64,000 nucleotides of DNA from Flaccisagitta enflata (GCA_965153355.1 OZ231126.1:19840001-19904000), one strand, 5' to 3'. Shown: positions 42,961 to 58,922, counted from the stretch's first letter. Numbers and translations: made by a program. The notes: generated from the letters alone by a model not told the origin.

Positions 42961-44512
42961 GCAAATCTTCCGGCGGGAATGAAGGCAATTTTCATCGCCT
43001 CTTCGTGACAAATTCGCATATTTTTCGCGCGGAGGAAAAGGAAACGCCGCAGAATCATAGGCGGAGAGAAGGAAGGAGAGGAGGAAGCGAGAGAGGGAGG
43101 GGAAGGAAAAGAAGAGGGAGGAGAGGAGGAAAAGAGGGAGAAGAGGGAGACAAAAATGGGACGCCAAATGATTTAAGGTGGGTAAGAAGGAAGAGTAGTG
43201 TGGAGGAGAAGAGGAAGAGAGGGAGAAAATGATAGAGAAGAGAGAGAGGAAAACGAAACGGAAAAGAACTCAATGCGGAAGGAGGGAAGAGAGAAAGGAG
43301 GGTAGAAATACAGGGGAACAAACAATAAGTGGAGTTGACCTTACCTCAATTTGTGATGATTCAATTTTTTTTAACTTTATCAAGTTGATAAAGGGAGAAA
43401 ATACAAGCTCCAAAGTCAGACATTAACATCTTATGAAGCTGGCGATGAACAGGGCATTGATTCTCACATAGCGATCATAATGAGGTATGAAGAAGGAGAG
43501 AAAGATTTTGAACAAATGATGTAGAAAGGAAAAAAAATGTTGGTGAAAAAAAAAGAAACTATTAGGCGCAGGGAGAAAATGTGAGAGTGATTCAGAGCAA
43601 TAGGGAGAATCCGTGAGATATTACCATAACATCATCGTTTTTATAGTCATGGGCGGCCTTCTTTCGCGTGTGAGTGTGAACGTGTTTGTGCACATGCGTG
43701 TTAATAGCGCGGGGTTGTGCGTGTTGATGTGTGTCGCTTTCTCCCTTCTCCCTCAACGCTTGCCGATGGGAGTTCGTTCCTTTCGTGTTTTTTGCTTTTT
43801 GTTAAGTCATTTTGTTTATGTGTTCGTCTTTCTAACTGTCTCTCTGTTGCCGTATGAGGATTGAGGAAGTAACTATCACAGACAGAAAGACAGTATTGTT
43901 CCCTCTGATGTCCCTTGTTGCAAGTAATTTCCTCCGTTTTGATTTCTTCACCGTCAATTAGTAGAACTGGTGGTTTTGTAGAAATCCTGTCGTACTTCCA
44001 ACATTTTAAAGTGATGATAGTGATCATTTCTCAAAGTCATACATCAAATCATGGTAAGGATGTCGAAAAACTTTTTTCTTTAGGATCTTTATGAGAGACA
44101 AGAATATATCCATTCTGATTTCTATTTTTCAATAATCCCCCCTTGTCCGTACATAGCTATAAGTCGCTGTGAACATGATACTGACACAGTCATACTATTT
44201 GCATACTGCAGTCGCTGAAATTGCCGTTTTGGCATACTATTACGGTACAGGAAAAATTCTCTCCATTTGCAAATATATCTAAAAGCATTTTAAAACCTTG
44301 CATATAATGTTTTGAGATTTGATCTGCCCTAATTATGGATAGGTTTTATGAATTCAGGTGGAACAAAAATACTACCAATGTGTACTTGCCACATGTACTT
44401 AAACAAGAAAAATTCTCAAAACGTGCAGCCCAGAAAGGGTCGTGGACTATGTCTACGTCAAAGTTTGAAGCGGGTTGGTGGTGCAGCATGTCGCCCAGTT
44501 GTGAATTCGCAG

Positions 44513-45633
44513 CTCTGCTGCGAAACTGGCGATTTTGTCGCTATTTTTAGCGAATTTTGGGGACTCCTAGCGACAACTTTTTGCCATCTAGCGACTAGCA
44601 AATTATCTAGCGATTTTCTTTGAGACACCTAGCGAATCTAGCTATTTTTAGTTAACTCTAGCTACATCTAGCTAATTTTAGCTATTTTCTAAAAAATACT
44701 CGCTTTTCTGACAAAATTTTACCATTTTTCATCTATTCTACTCTGAACTTCAGTTGCAAATCAACTGTGTGATGACCAGATTGTGAAGTTTTTGAACCTG
44801 TTTGTTACCATTTTGACTCTAAGCTACTTATTTTTGCTAGTTAATGACTGGTGGTTGAGAAAGGCCCTACGATTTTGGATATCGACACAAACTTTGTCAA
44901 GAACAATCAGAATGAGCAAAAGTGAAACGGTTTTTAGTTGCGGACACACAACTGTTTGTTTGTCCATTGGTCAGTTTGTTGATCCATCCGTCTGTGAGCA
45001 TGAGTCAAAAAGTAGGAAAGTGAGTGCTTTTGATGCTTGTGTGCCGTTGGGGGGTGCGTTTGGTCCAAATGGGGGTTGGATGCCCCTGCCCACCCATTCG
45101 CAACGATGTTTTGACCCCGCGTCACTTGTTTGCATTCTATTCTATATGACTCATACAACACATTTATCAACAGGAAACCATTGATTTTTTTGACAATCAA
45201 CTCCTAGATAACTTCAGTGGCATATATGGTGATGGATATTGTTCCACTTTTCATATATATGTCTTTCTTTATTTCAGAGTAAACCAAAAAAAGTGATCAT
45301 GGCATTTTTGTTACTGTCCTTTAAAAGAAACCCTAATTACTAAACATTTCAAATCCCCAATACCTAACCCCTATGCCCCAAGTTTCCAGTTTAAGTATCT
45401 AAGAAATGAATGGGAAAACAATGGTCAACAAATGATATTCTCAAAAGCTCTATTTACTCTTCCGTCTTTAAATAGACCAGTAATGGTTTGTTCATTGATT
45501 TTTTCATGACCTTTTTACATATAAACAAATCGAGCGAATTTTCTAGCTACAAAAAAAAAAATAATCTAGCGAATTCTAGCGATTTTTGGGGCCCCAACTA
45601 GCGAATTTCTATAAGCTGGAGTTCCCACCAGAG
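44513..45633. mobile_element. hAT-type non-autonomous element (1121 bp including nested HINE), 8-bp TSD
   Basis: Exact direct repeat ATTCGCAG at 44505-44512 and 45634-45641. Short imperfect TIRs CTCTGCTGCGAAACT / AGTTCCCACCAGAG. Clusters of CTAGCGA/CTAGCTA motifs in both subterminal regions. Confidence 0.85.
44931..45131 (+). mobile_element. HINE subfamily B, nested in a hAT-type element
   Basis: tttttagttgcggacac ... gcccctgcccaccc ... tgaccccgcgtcac hairpin, ttgttt end. Homologous to 58729-58922 in the opposite orientation. Confidence 0.75.
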
Positions 45634-46149
45634 ATTCGCAGTTGTGGCTAAGTACAGATCTAGTTAATCTGGGGGTCCTGTAATCTGGTAAGGAAAGAAT
45701 GTTATCCTGTTTTCAGGAAGCCCCCCGTCGAAATTAGTCTTTTCTCAACCCTGACATTGGCGCATTTCTAATGCTCCATCTCCCCCTTTCTTTCTCAGTT
45801 TTCTTCCTTCCTTAACTCCCAATCCTACGGCTTCCTCCTCGTCCGGCTCTTCAATCTCAATCTCTTCTCACTTCCTCTTGTCATAATTTTTCTCTTTCGC
45901 CCTCTTGACTTTTTTATGAGACCTGAAATGACGAACGAGGCGCCCTCACGACCTCGCCACTCATTTCTCTCTCTCTCTCTCTCTCACTTTTCTGTATATC
46001 TTGAAAAATGTTTTTTCCTGTATTCTATTCAGTGCCTATGTCTTTATATGTGGCCGTCTCTTTTCTTCTGTCTATTTTTATATGGTGTTTATTCAAAAAA
46101 GTGTGTCGCACAGAAAGAGAAAATCAAATGAATCACAGTAACCATCAAC

Positions 46150-46247
<98 letters not shown>

Positions 46248-46729
46248 GCCAGGCGCCCAAAGCAATTTTTAGGGCGATGATTATCACACACATGCAAGAT
46301 ATAGTCTCTCTCCCGATATATATGCATGAAGAAGTAATCGCTAACCAATAACCACATCACGCGCTCTGAGCTCCTCACTGACTGGCTTTTTATTTCCACT
46401 TATGTCCGTCGACGCCCATCGCTCATAACGCCATCTACATGATTGGTTCATCTATGATTGGTTCCTCTTTATGACTTCCTTTTCCTCCTTTTTTTATGCC
46501 AGGTTTTTTATCGCTTTTCTACATGAGTAATTTCCGTCTTTCCTTGATTGATTGCACCTTCTTGATTTCTCCGGCTTCCTCTTAGCGTAGTCTAGTCTAG
46601 TCTGTGCCTGTGTTTGTCTGTGTCTCTGTCCATTTCTGTTATCAGTCTTGGCTTCATTGTATGCGTTAATTTGTGAATTTGTGTCTTTGTATTTTTGTCA
46701 ATGCGTCTCTGTCAGTCTGTCTCACTCTT

Positions 46730-46826
<97 letters not shown>

Positions 46827-46979
46827 CCCATTCTCCTTTGCCTCTCCTTAGTACGTATTTTGTGTTAGTTGACCCTGAATGTCATAACTTTCGCTTTTGT
46901 GGTACTTTTCCGTTTCACGCGTCATTGAAAGGGCGTTTCTGCTCTTTTAACTCACCTTTACCTATTTGTCTTCTCCTTG

Positions 46980-46980
46980 T

Positions 46981-47012
<32 letters not shown>

Positions 47013-47109
47013 TTCTTCTTCTTCTTCTTCTTCTTCTTCTTCTTCTTCTTCTTCTTCTTTTTCTTTTTCTTTTTCTTTTTCTTCTTCTTCTTCTTCTTCT
47101 TCTTCTTCT

Positions 47110-47144
<35 letters not shown>

Positions 47145-47640
47145 TTCATTGAAAGGGCGTTTCCGCTCTTTTAACTCACCTTTACCTATTTGTCTTCTCC
47201 CTTTTCTTCTTCTTTCTCCTCTCTCTGCTTCTGCTTGTTCTTGTTGTTGTTGTTGTTGTTGTTGTTCTTCTTTTTCTTGTTCTTGTTGTTGTTGTTGTTG
47301 TTGTTGTTCTTCTTCTTCTTCTTCTTCTTCTTCTTCTTCTTCTTCTTCTTCTTCTTCTTCTTCTTCTTCTTCTTCTTCTTCTTCTTCTTCTTCTTCTTCT
47401 TCTTCTTCTTCTTCTTCTTCTTCTTCTTCTTCTTCTTCTTCTTCTTCTTCCTTTCTTTTTCTTCTTCTTCTTCTTCTTCTCCTCTTTTTCTTATTCTTTT
47501 TCTTTTTCTTTTTCTTTTTCTTTTTCTTTTTCTTTTTCTTTTTCTTTTTCTTTTTCTTCTTCTTCTTCTTCTTCTTCTTTTTCTTCTTCTTCCTCTTCAT
47601 CTTGTTATTATTCTTCTTCTTTTTCTGCTTCTTTTTCTTT
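46980..47640. repeat. Compound (TTC)n/(TTG)n/(TTTTTC)n tract
   Basis: Directly visible. Confidence 0.95.
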
Positions 47641-48101
47641 TTCTGCTTTATCTCCTTTTATTTTCTTTGTCTTTTTCTGCATGTCCATTTGCATTTGCAC
47701 AGAGAATGCCCTCTCTAAAAACAGCTTACAGCCACATTAATATTTGAAGTGAGATCATTTTTACACACAATGTGTTTAGTGATAGATCTCGCTAGTTACT
47801 AAATTCTTGCTAATGAGTTATGAATTATGTGTATTTTTAGTGATATTGAGATGTATTTTTTCAACGCGGTTATGATCATGATTTGACTGACGACATACAA
47901 CATTATATCGGTTATCTCAGCAATTTTTTTTCAATGTTTTGGACACACTCTCCTATTTCTTGTACCAGCCACATCCCATCCTCTTCTCTCGCTCTCCACC
48001 GTGATTTTATGGGTCCCTTGGCGCCCTGCGCTGGCCTTACTCAAGACTCCTCTCATTTCACTATCAATCTTCTGTCCACCACTGCCATTTCTTGTCGTCA
48101 A

Positions 48102-48204
<103 letters not shown>

Positions 48205-48538
48205 ATAAGGGTTGTTTTTCTTGTTGTTATTGTAGTTGTTATTTGCTCCATAGTTCCTTGATAAAGTTTCTACATCTTACGCCACACCCGTTGTATCTTG
48301 TGAATATATTAGGATCAAATCATTGCTCGATATTGTTATTGTTACTCCTTGACACCATCCTCTTATTTCTCATCCACCCTTTCTTCACCACTTTCCCTCC
48401 TCTACTTTCCTCCATTCCATCTCCTTTTGTTTTCCTTCTTGGCCGAAGATTTCTCACTTGCCTCATTTTCTTGCTCTCATCTCTTCTTTCCATTTTGGAT
48501 ATATTTGGTCAAATCTCTCACGTCAACGAGGGCCAAAG

Positions 48539-48621
<83 letters not shown>

Positions 48622-48731
48622 CTGCGTCCAAAAGTTCTCTTGTGTCCGCCAACACCTTGATATGTCTATCGAGCTAAGATGAATGACACCCATGGACTTC
48701 CGCGTCGCCGTGAGAGAGAGAGAGAATCGAG

Positions 48732-48831
<100 letters not shown>

Positions 48832-48846
48832 GAAAGATTGAAGGAG

Positions 48847-48911
<65 letters not shown>

Positions 48912-48927
48912 AGAAAGATTGAGAGAG

Positions 48928-49068
<141 letters not shown>

Positions 49069-49735
49069 AGACAGACAGACAGACAAAAGAAATACAGACA
49101 GACAGACAGACAAAAGAAATACAGACAGACAGGCAGACAAAAGAAATACAGACAGACAGACACACAAATAAACCCAGACAGACAAAGACAGGCAGATACA
49201 GCCAGACCTAGACAGACAGAGACAAAAAGAGACGGACATAGAGAAAAAACAAATCTGAAAAAAGTAAGACAAACCAAACCGACCACCTGAAAGTTCGACT
49301 GAAACAAAAATCAAAACTGTGGCGACACCTGCGCGGCAAATATGAACTATGGTACAGAAAAAAGCGAGCAATATCTCCGCGTGGGACCTTTTTTTTTATT
49401 CTTTTCCCTTCCCTTTCTCTTTCGGTGTTATTAAGAATGCATCAACTCACGGCATAAATATGGTAATTGGTTTTTTGAGGAATTTTCCGCCGATGTGAGT
49501 TCGTCTCGCCTCAATTCCTGGCCTTCCAACTTCCAAGCCCAAGGCAGCAAAAAACAATTCTTTGGTTACCCCACAATCATGAATACGGGAGACCACTTCC
49601 GACATGAATGCCATAACCACCAACAACACCATAACCGCTATTGATGAGAAAAAACAAAAAAACAAACAAAAAGATTTACACCAAACAGACAAAAAGGACA
49701 GAAATGAGAAAAAAATGTCATGACTTTACAACCTA

Positions 49736-50326
49736 CAGGGTGAACAACCTCAAGTGGGGGAAAGTAAAAGCTAATTACGCCTAAACAACTTAAGATATTC
49801 ATAATTTGAAAGTTGCTCCTGGTAGGGAACTGCCTGACATTTGTTCCTCTTGCTTTGGTTGGTCAAGATAGAAAAATTGAAACAGCTAAAAAGATATGAC
49901 CAAAAATGTGAAGGTTCCTCTCTAACCTCAAAATTGCTCATTGATTCTCAATCTAACTCAAGTTGCGGAGAAGAAAATGGAATGACTATATCAAGTTGGA
50001 TAAAAAAACCTAAAAGGCATTCATGGTGCTTCAGGTAGAAACAAAGAATGCAACATTTGGTTCAATAATTGATGGAAGAATAAAGCAACACCATTTGCCA
50101 GTTTCAAAGCACTCAAGTCTGAAAGTTGTTTTTTGAGCTATTTCTAGTTTTGGACATTTCAAAGATTTTCATATATCCTCTGAAGTATTTGAGCTAATGA
50201 CCTCAGCTTTGGCTTATATTAAATGTCAAGTAGATTTCTACCACACTGCAAAAGATGAAACATAGTACTCTGGCAGTTTTGGAATCCTAAGCTTTTACTT
50301 TCCCCCACTTGAGCTTGTTCACCGTG
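49736..50326. mobile_element. Tc1/mariner-type MITE, 591 bp
   Basis: 37-bp TIRs with 2 mismatches (CAGGGTGAACAACCTCAAGTGGGGGAAAGTAAAAGCT), flanked by TA on both sides. Confidence 0.9.
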
Positions 50327-52423
50327 TAATGTCAAAACCATCACCTTTATCTCTCACTCTGTTTGATTCTTTGTGATTTTGATAATCAACAAATCATATT
50401 TCGATTCTAAACATGATAGTATTACTATCGTAATTGCAGGTTGATTCCTCCACACAATCTGTGCGGAATTTAACCACCACACCCACCCATCTTCCATAAG
50501 GCATAACCTCAGTCATTCTTCCTTTTTTTTTCTACCCAAATTTTTGCTCCTATCAACGAATGACGTCTTTTTATTTTCGTTTCTCTTTTCAAAAACTTTG
50601 GCTTTCACTAAAAATTCATTGAGTTCCAAATTTCGTTGAGGGTTCAATTTCGCAATTCCTTCAAGGCGTTAAAGAATTTCCAGGGCTGGAATTCTTCCTC
50701 CGTTTTCAAATCTTTTGCTCGCTGAGCTTGGAATCTCCCTCCAACTTTCAAAAAAATTAGTTTCCCATCCCCCCTCCAGCCCATTGTGTATCTTGTTACT
50801 TTATCCTTACCTTCCTTCTCCAATTCTTCTATCCTCTGTTTTATCTTCAACTTCTTCATTCAATCTAATACTATCTAGGAAAAAAGTTTGCCAACACTCA
50901 TGGACGGTGTGTTTTTCCCTCTCACGCGCTCAAAACTCATACACTTGATTGTTTTTGGTTATTTCTGTACTTATACTAAGTAGAACAAAAGAGAGAAACA
51001 ATCTTAAATCCAATTCAGGGACCGCGAGTTTAGTTTGTTTATCACAACTCAGAGGATTGTAGAGGTGGTAGTTATAAAAATAATAGATTTTGGTCATTTT
51101 GGCTGAAAAATTTGGCTACTTCTCTTGACAAATCTGACTAAAAAATCCATGAGATTATGAAACTAAAGGGAAGAAGAAAAAAGAAGTCCTATTTTCTTGC
51201 CATTTCTGAAAGCACATGATCATCTTCAATTTAATGGCATTTCTAAACGGTTTGATGCACAGAGACGAGATTGCACTCAGATTTTAGATTTTTTGACTTA
51301 GATTAGAATACTTATAAATTTTGTTTACTTATCTTAGGAAGAAGTTGAAATATCTCTCTTTAAAGGTGTTGCCAAACATATTTCCTAGATAGTAGTTCAC
51401 TCCTCCTCCCTTCTTGGGCACCATCCCCCTCATTCTACTGCGTCGCTTTCAATTTTCCAATACCCCCTATCACATCACCAGCACCCCCAGCGAGCCCCGC
51501 CCCCTATTACTGAGTCTCCCCTTTGATCTTCTTCCCCAATGTTCCGCTTTGTCGTTTTCAATTTTCCGGTACCCCCCGACGACATATGCAGGTGACGTGA
51601 GTTCCCAAATGCCATAACTTATGTCTTTGCATCGTTGACGCCACATTAACCGATATCTCAAAAACCGACGCGAAAGAAGCGCCTTCTAAAAAGACGGAAT
51701 GAGAATTCAAAGGGTGGAAGGGGGAAAGTGAATCTGCCAGTCTGTGAGGTTCAGGGATTTGCTTTGAAGGAAGGTAGGAGGATTTGAATGTTTCTATGTC
51801 CATGTTTTATAAGTGACTATTTCTTGTCCATATGAAACCCTGTTTTTTTCTTAATTTGACTTTCTCCCATTAACCCATTATCTTCGGCGACTTGGAAATG
51901 ACGGTTAATGAATGTGTGAAATATGGAGGTTGTCATCAAATCGGAAATTTCAAGGTCAGAACTCCACACGAGTTTGCAATTCCAGATTGGCAGCAATCAA
52001 TCGTATCGCAAAATTCAATCACTATGCAAATCTTTTAAGGGAGCACGCAGCGTCCGTCCGTCTGTTCGTCCGTCCGCCCTTTCTTCACACATACACAGAG
52101 TTTTCCCGGCGTTTACAGGTGGGGAGGAGAAAACATACTCACAGGAAGGGAAAGGTGGAGGAAGTGATACTCGCTGTTAAAAAAAATGCTCAAAGCGTCA
52201 AAAATAATGGAATAATTGAATTTTTTTTCATCGGTGTTTCGGCCCTAAGGAGTTGAAAGGGAGGGAGTGAGATGAGAGAGGGAGAAAGTGGAAAGGGGTA
52301 TGGAAGCGAAATAAGGAAATGATCTAGTAGATGAAGAAGAAAGGAAAGGAGAGAATTAAAGTATTGAAAAGTGAAACCAAGAAAATCAATTTTTTCAGTC
52401 TAGGAATTGAGCTGCGGGCTTAT

Positions 52424-52533
<110 letters not shown>

Positions 52534-52678
52534 GAGAATGAGAATGAAGAAAGAAAAGGGAGCGAGTGAATTTCGCGCGCAACCCCCCGCGGCAGTTGGT
52601 GACGCTAAAACGGTTATGGTGACGGTTTTTTTTTAACTTTCAAAATTTTGTTCGCGATTGCCTTGACGTCTGAGGAAG

Positions 52679-52775
<97 letters not shown>

Positions 52776-53010
52776 ACAGTAAGAGAGTGAGAGTATGAGA
52801 ATGAGAATTTCGCTACAGGGGCAAAACCCGTAAAGGCAAATTTTACGACCCGAATGAAATTCCAAGTGAAATGGAGACTAAAAAAAAAAAAGAGGAACTG
52901 AAACTGAAACCGAAAAATGGGAAACAAGGTGAAACATTTTGAAATGGCTTCTTGTGTTCCTTTTTTCCTTTCTTTCCTTCACTCTTTCTTTCTTTCTTTC
53001 TTTCTTTTTT

Positions 53011-53097
<87 letters not shown>

Positions 53098-53676
53098 CTC
53101 TTTCTTTCTTTCTTTCTTTCTGCCTCAGTCTGTTTGTCTGTCTGTAACTTGATCTTTTTCCTTCCTTCTATCTGCTCCTATTTTCGTTCTGTCATTCCAA
53201 ATGGTTCTTGTATCTCCCCCCTCCCCTGTCATTTTCTTCAGTCGTTCAAATACTTTGTCTCTTTGCACTTTGTTCGCCCATCTTTCTTTCTGTCCGTCTT
53301 TCTTTGTCTTTCCTCAAGTCTTTTTGTCTGTCTGTCTTTGTCTTCCCTAATATCTTCGCCTTTGTCATTCTCAGAGCGTCATTGCGACCGAGTCTTATGT
53401 CTCCTATCGAACCATCAGGACTGAAAATGATTTGAGATGATGGGTGATTCCCAGGAGGGGGTGAGGAAGAGGAAGAGGAGGAAGAAAATGAGGAAGAGAA
53501 GGCAGAGCAAAGTGATGGCTAGGAAGAAGGGGTGAGGAGGGAGGGAAGCAGAAGGAGAAAGACGTCGGGGAAACAATTTTGAGTTGAAAGAGCCATTTCT
53601 ATTTTTAGCAATTTTTTCTGAAAAAAAGAAGACATTTTCACAGACATGCTGAATATGGGAGAGGCAAAAAGGGAGG

Positions 53677-53833
53677 AAACAAGGCCGGATACACGGCCAT
53701 CAGTTGTGGACGGGTGGGCAGGGGCAGAAATGCGCGTTTTCCCACTTTTCAACTCGATCACCACGGACCAACCAACCGACCAACCAACGGACGGACAAAG
53801 CCTCTTATAGAGTTGCGTGTCCGCAACTAAAAA
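53677..53833 (-). mobile_element. HINE subfamily A, intact copy
   Basis: aaacaaggccggatacacggcc ... gggtgggcaggggc ... (ccaa/ggac)n ... agttgcgtgtccgcaactaaaaa. SubTIR AGTTGTGGAC (53702-53711) / GTCCGCAACT (53819-53828). Confidence 0.85.
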
Positions 53834-54478
53834 GGTCTAACAACTTTTAGATATGCATGCGCCAGATTTAGTGCGGACATAACGGACAAAACGGACGAAA
53901 CGCATTTACAAGGTGAAAGCTTAAGCGACTCGTCGCACACATACACAGTGCATATAGGTGCGTCCACGGGATTAGAGGCTTCCGTCTTCGCTGATGCTTG
54001 GGCTCGTACATTTTAGAGACACGTGTCAAAAGGCGCCAACGAACACGCGTACATGCACACGCTTTACTGCTCTGTATTTCGCACGTGTTTTACAGCCTCG
54101 AAGTGCACGTGTCGAACAGCCCCGGCGGACACGCTTGCTACAGCCCCGGCGGGCATGCACACACACACACGCGGACTCTTGTCTTGCACCTTTTTGGCGC
54201 TCGCTCTGTGGGGCAACTCTCCACTTGTCTCTCTGGTCATCCGTGGTCATTTTTCGGCGACTGAAGGAGTTTATCATTCATTCGCATATTCGCCCATTTT
54301 CTCGTTTGTCTGCCCGCCGGAAAAAGCGAATGCGGGGAAATAAGAGAGTCAGATGGTCATTTGGTTCAATTTGGTCAGTCGGTCAGATTTCCAATGAGAT
54401 GAAAAGTGGAGATAAATCGTGTGTCTCTTTATCTGGATCTCTCTCCCTTCTCATCGTGAAGATGAAAAAAAATCTTTG

Positions 54479-54534
<56 letters not shown>

Positions 54535-54681
54535 AAACCTGAGTTTTCTTTTTAACTTTATCTTATTAATTAGATTACTTAAAAAAGATTAGACTATCGA
54601 TGGGCGTAAATTTTCTTTGTTTGCTTTTCTTATCATTTTCTCTTTTATTTCGGCTTAGTCGCTTCTAGTCAAAGATGGTTC

Positions 54682-54772
<91 letters not shown>

Positions 54773-54776
54773 TTTT

Positions 54777-54823
<47 letters not shown>

Positions 54824-55227
54824 GTTTTTTTCTCTCTTTCTTTTTTCTTTCTCTCTTTCATGCATTTTTGCAGTCGTTGTTAGCTAAAAGGTTATTTTGT
54901 TTGTTTGTCTGTTTGTTTTTGTTTGTGTTTGTTTGTTTGTTTGTTTGTTTGTATGTTTGTTTGTTATTGTTTGTCTTTGTTTGTCTATATCCATCTTTCT
55001 CTTTCTTCCTCCACCTCTTTCTTTTATCTTTCCTACTCGCTTGCATCTTCCTCTCCCATATTTCAGTGTTTTTGACCCCACAAGACTTAACTCCTCACGT
55101 GAAATCAATCAATCAATTAATCAATTAAACTGGATCAATTAACTTTTTCCGCTTTCTCCTTCTTCCTCGCCATGATTAAGTCCATCTGCGTTTTCTTTTT
55201 CTCCTGTACGCGCGGTCTCTCTCTTTC

Positions 55228-55337
<110 letters not shown>

Positions 55338-55512
55338 TCTCATACCCCACCTCTTTTCACCTCATCTTATTTACATACATGCATCTCACTCTCTCTCCCA
55401 CTGTTGTGGTTTGATGATTGAAATCAAAGCAAAACCAGGCCGAGGTCTTACCTGAAAACAAACCGCCTTTCAATTTGTTTTATATCATCTAGTCTTTGGG
55501 GGCAGGGAGAAA

Positions 55513-55616
<104 letters not shown>

Positions 55617-55868
55617 AAGAAAAAAAAAAAAAAAGAAAAAGAAAAAAAAAAGAAAAAGAAAAAGAAAAAGAAAAAGAAAAAGAAAAAGAAAAAGAAAAAG
55701 AAAAAGAAAGAATAAAAAAAGAAAGAATAAAAGAAAAAAAGATGAAAAGGTGGAGAGGCAAAGAGAAAATGTGTAAACATGCTATGCTTTTTTTTCAAGC
55801 CACCAACGAGCAAAAAAAGTAAGAAAAAAGTTTTTTGGGGCCAAGAACAACATCATATACAACAAGGA

Positions 55869-56258
<390 letters not shown>

Positions 56259-56502
56259 ATGTATTCAACTGAGTTAAGATTGGCGCTTAGGAGGAAACGT
56301 GTATCGCCTTAGGGTGGTTTATCCCTTCCTTTTCTATGTCCCTCTTGCTCTCTGTCTCTGTTTTTGTCTGTCTCTATATCCAATGTCTGTCTATATCCAT
56401 ATCCATTGTCTACATCGATTGTCTATATCCATTGTCTATCTGTCTGTCTCTTTCATTTTCCAGTCTGTGTCTGTGTTTCTGTCTCTGTCTGTCTTTTGCT
56501 CT

Positions 56503-56640
<138 letters not shown>

Positions 56641-58336
56641 GACACTGTCATTCATCCTTCTGTCTCCTCTCTCCCATTTTTGGGAGTGGTGGCAGAGAGA
56701 GCCATCCTGTCGTCTCGATGTTACCACCTGCTGAGCCAACTGACCACTGACGCCACCATGGACACGATCATGACCGTGATGAAGAGGACGATGATGAGGA
56801 CGCTGACGACGATGACGACGAAGATGACGACGACTTTGACGTCGCTGATGACGGTGATGACGACGGCGCTGACGACGCTGACGACGACCATGACGACAAC
56901 AACTACGCTGTGACGACAATGTCAACCATGTTAGCGACGATGATCACAAATGATGATCCCGCCTAGATTTGACTAAATTAGGATTGAAATACTCATTTGA
57001 ATATAGAACGCATCTTTGATCGGCTGGGTTTTTGTGTTCACACTGATCATGCGTTCAGCATTTCCAATTTGCTTCACAGCAGATCAAGGATTAAAACTGA
57101 TGCGAGAAAGATTTTGATTGATAAGAGGATTTCTATGTTCTTTTAAAATGATGTTTTTTCTGGGACAAATCTATTCGACATTTTATGAGTTCAGAGAAGA
57201 GGATTCGTGTCTTCGAGTACGACATCCTGGACGAGATGAGGTGGTGAAGAATTAGTCTTAAAAACAGCATTATAAAAGAAAAAAAGTGTGAAACAATTGA
57301 AACATGGTCATTATTTGTCATTATTCAAGTTTTATTCAGTTGCTGTGGTGCAAAAACCGCGTGAAAACGCCCTTCTACCCTCTACCCAAGCAAGTAATAC
57401 AGATGGATCGACAGACAGACGGACTGACCAACAGACATAACGGTACATATATTCATGTACACGCGACTGAAAAATGCGGCAGCAAAGACCCGTATTTGAA
57501 GCGTAATTCTTTTTGCATATTGATGTTTTGTTTAATTCTTGCTTGTTCTATGACATTTATTTGTTTGCACTTCTATAAAATTTTTTTTCAAATAATGGCT
57601 ACAAATTCAAAACCATTGAGGTCAATCGAATCATCCTAAACAGCTGTTAATTGATATTCCAAGTTGCTGTTTTTAGTGGTTTAATTGTTTGGACGAGATG
57701 ATTGCAAAGTTTTATATCAGGGTGAACATAAGTAAAAAAACACGGCTCAGGAGTTGGGTTCCAACAATGGAAACAATTTTGCTTTTTTCTTACTTTGGAA
57801 GCAGCCGCAGCCTTCATCTTACGGCTAACCGGCGGCTGCAGCTCACGCTGGGTGTAACCCATTGGTGGCAACTGTCGATGGGTAGCAGAGTACCGATAGG
57901 GGTGGGGGAACGTCACATCTATGGAAGTAGAAAACAATCTTTCTTTCAAATTTTTGAATTAAGCTTAGGCTCCCTCCACCAAAAGCGCTGCATTTTCACG
58001 CTCTCCACTTCGCTCCTCAACATCTTCTGTAGAATCACTTCCCGCTTATTGCATCTTTTCTCCCTTGACCATCCAAAGAAAGAGGGAGAGAGAAAGCCAG
58101 TTTTTATCGCGGTTTTCACCTTTTAGATTTGCTTAAAAGCCGCAAGGATTTCCTCTCTTCTTTCTCTCTTTTGGATGTTGACCACCCAAAAACTTTGCAG
58201 GCGCGGGCTCAGAGCATCACAGGCGCACCTTTCATGAGTCCCAAGACGACGTTCCTTATCCCGAGCCGCCTCCTCTCTTTACTGTCCCTCTCTATTTCTA
58301 TGAATCACCCATTCTCTCTGTCTCTCTGTCTGTCTT

Positions 58337-58388
<52 letters not shown>

Positions 58389-58728
58389 GTCCATCGTAAA
58401 ATGAGGAATGAATAAACTACAGTGGAACCCCGCAGTAACGGATTTCAAGGGACTAGCTGTTTTTTTCCGGTTGTGCCGAATTCCGGTGTTGCCATTTGAC
58501 TACTTTTGATCATGATTAAGCAAGGAATAATTAAGTATTTACGCAGGAAGACAGCACATCCTACAACAAAAAGATAGCGAAAAGCAGCAATGACATAGAA
58601 TAGGTAAAAATAGATGTAAAATAATAAGATTGAATGTCAGACTGATAGACAATCAGACAGACAGAAAGACAGGCAGCAATAAAGACAGATTTGAAGACAG
58701 AAAGATTGACTGACATCCAAATGAATCC

Positions 58729-58922
58729 ACAAGTCACGCGGGGTCACAATGTTGTTGCGGATGGGTGGGCAGGGGCATTCAACCCTCATACATACCCTCC
58801 CCCATCCCATGACCACGAACAGACAATCATGACTGCAGCATCGTAAATGAGCATTATCACATTTTTTGACTCGATCATCATGGATTGACAAAGCCCGTTA
58901 TAGATTTGCCTGCCCAACTAAA
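58729..58922 (-). mobile_element. HINE subfamily B
   Basis: acaagtcacgcggggtcacaatgttgttgcggatgggtgggcaggggcat ... gactcgatca ... gacaaagcc ... tatag ... caactaaa. Shares core and end with subfamily A. Confidence 0.7.

Noticed and set aside
56757..56925. Thr/Met- or Asp-rich ORF-like stretches (also at about 17750 and 34865)
   Set aside because: Degenerate (GAC/GAT)n repeats without splice support.
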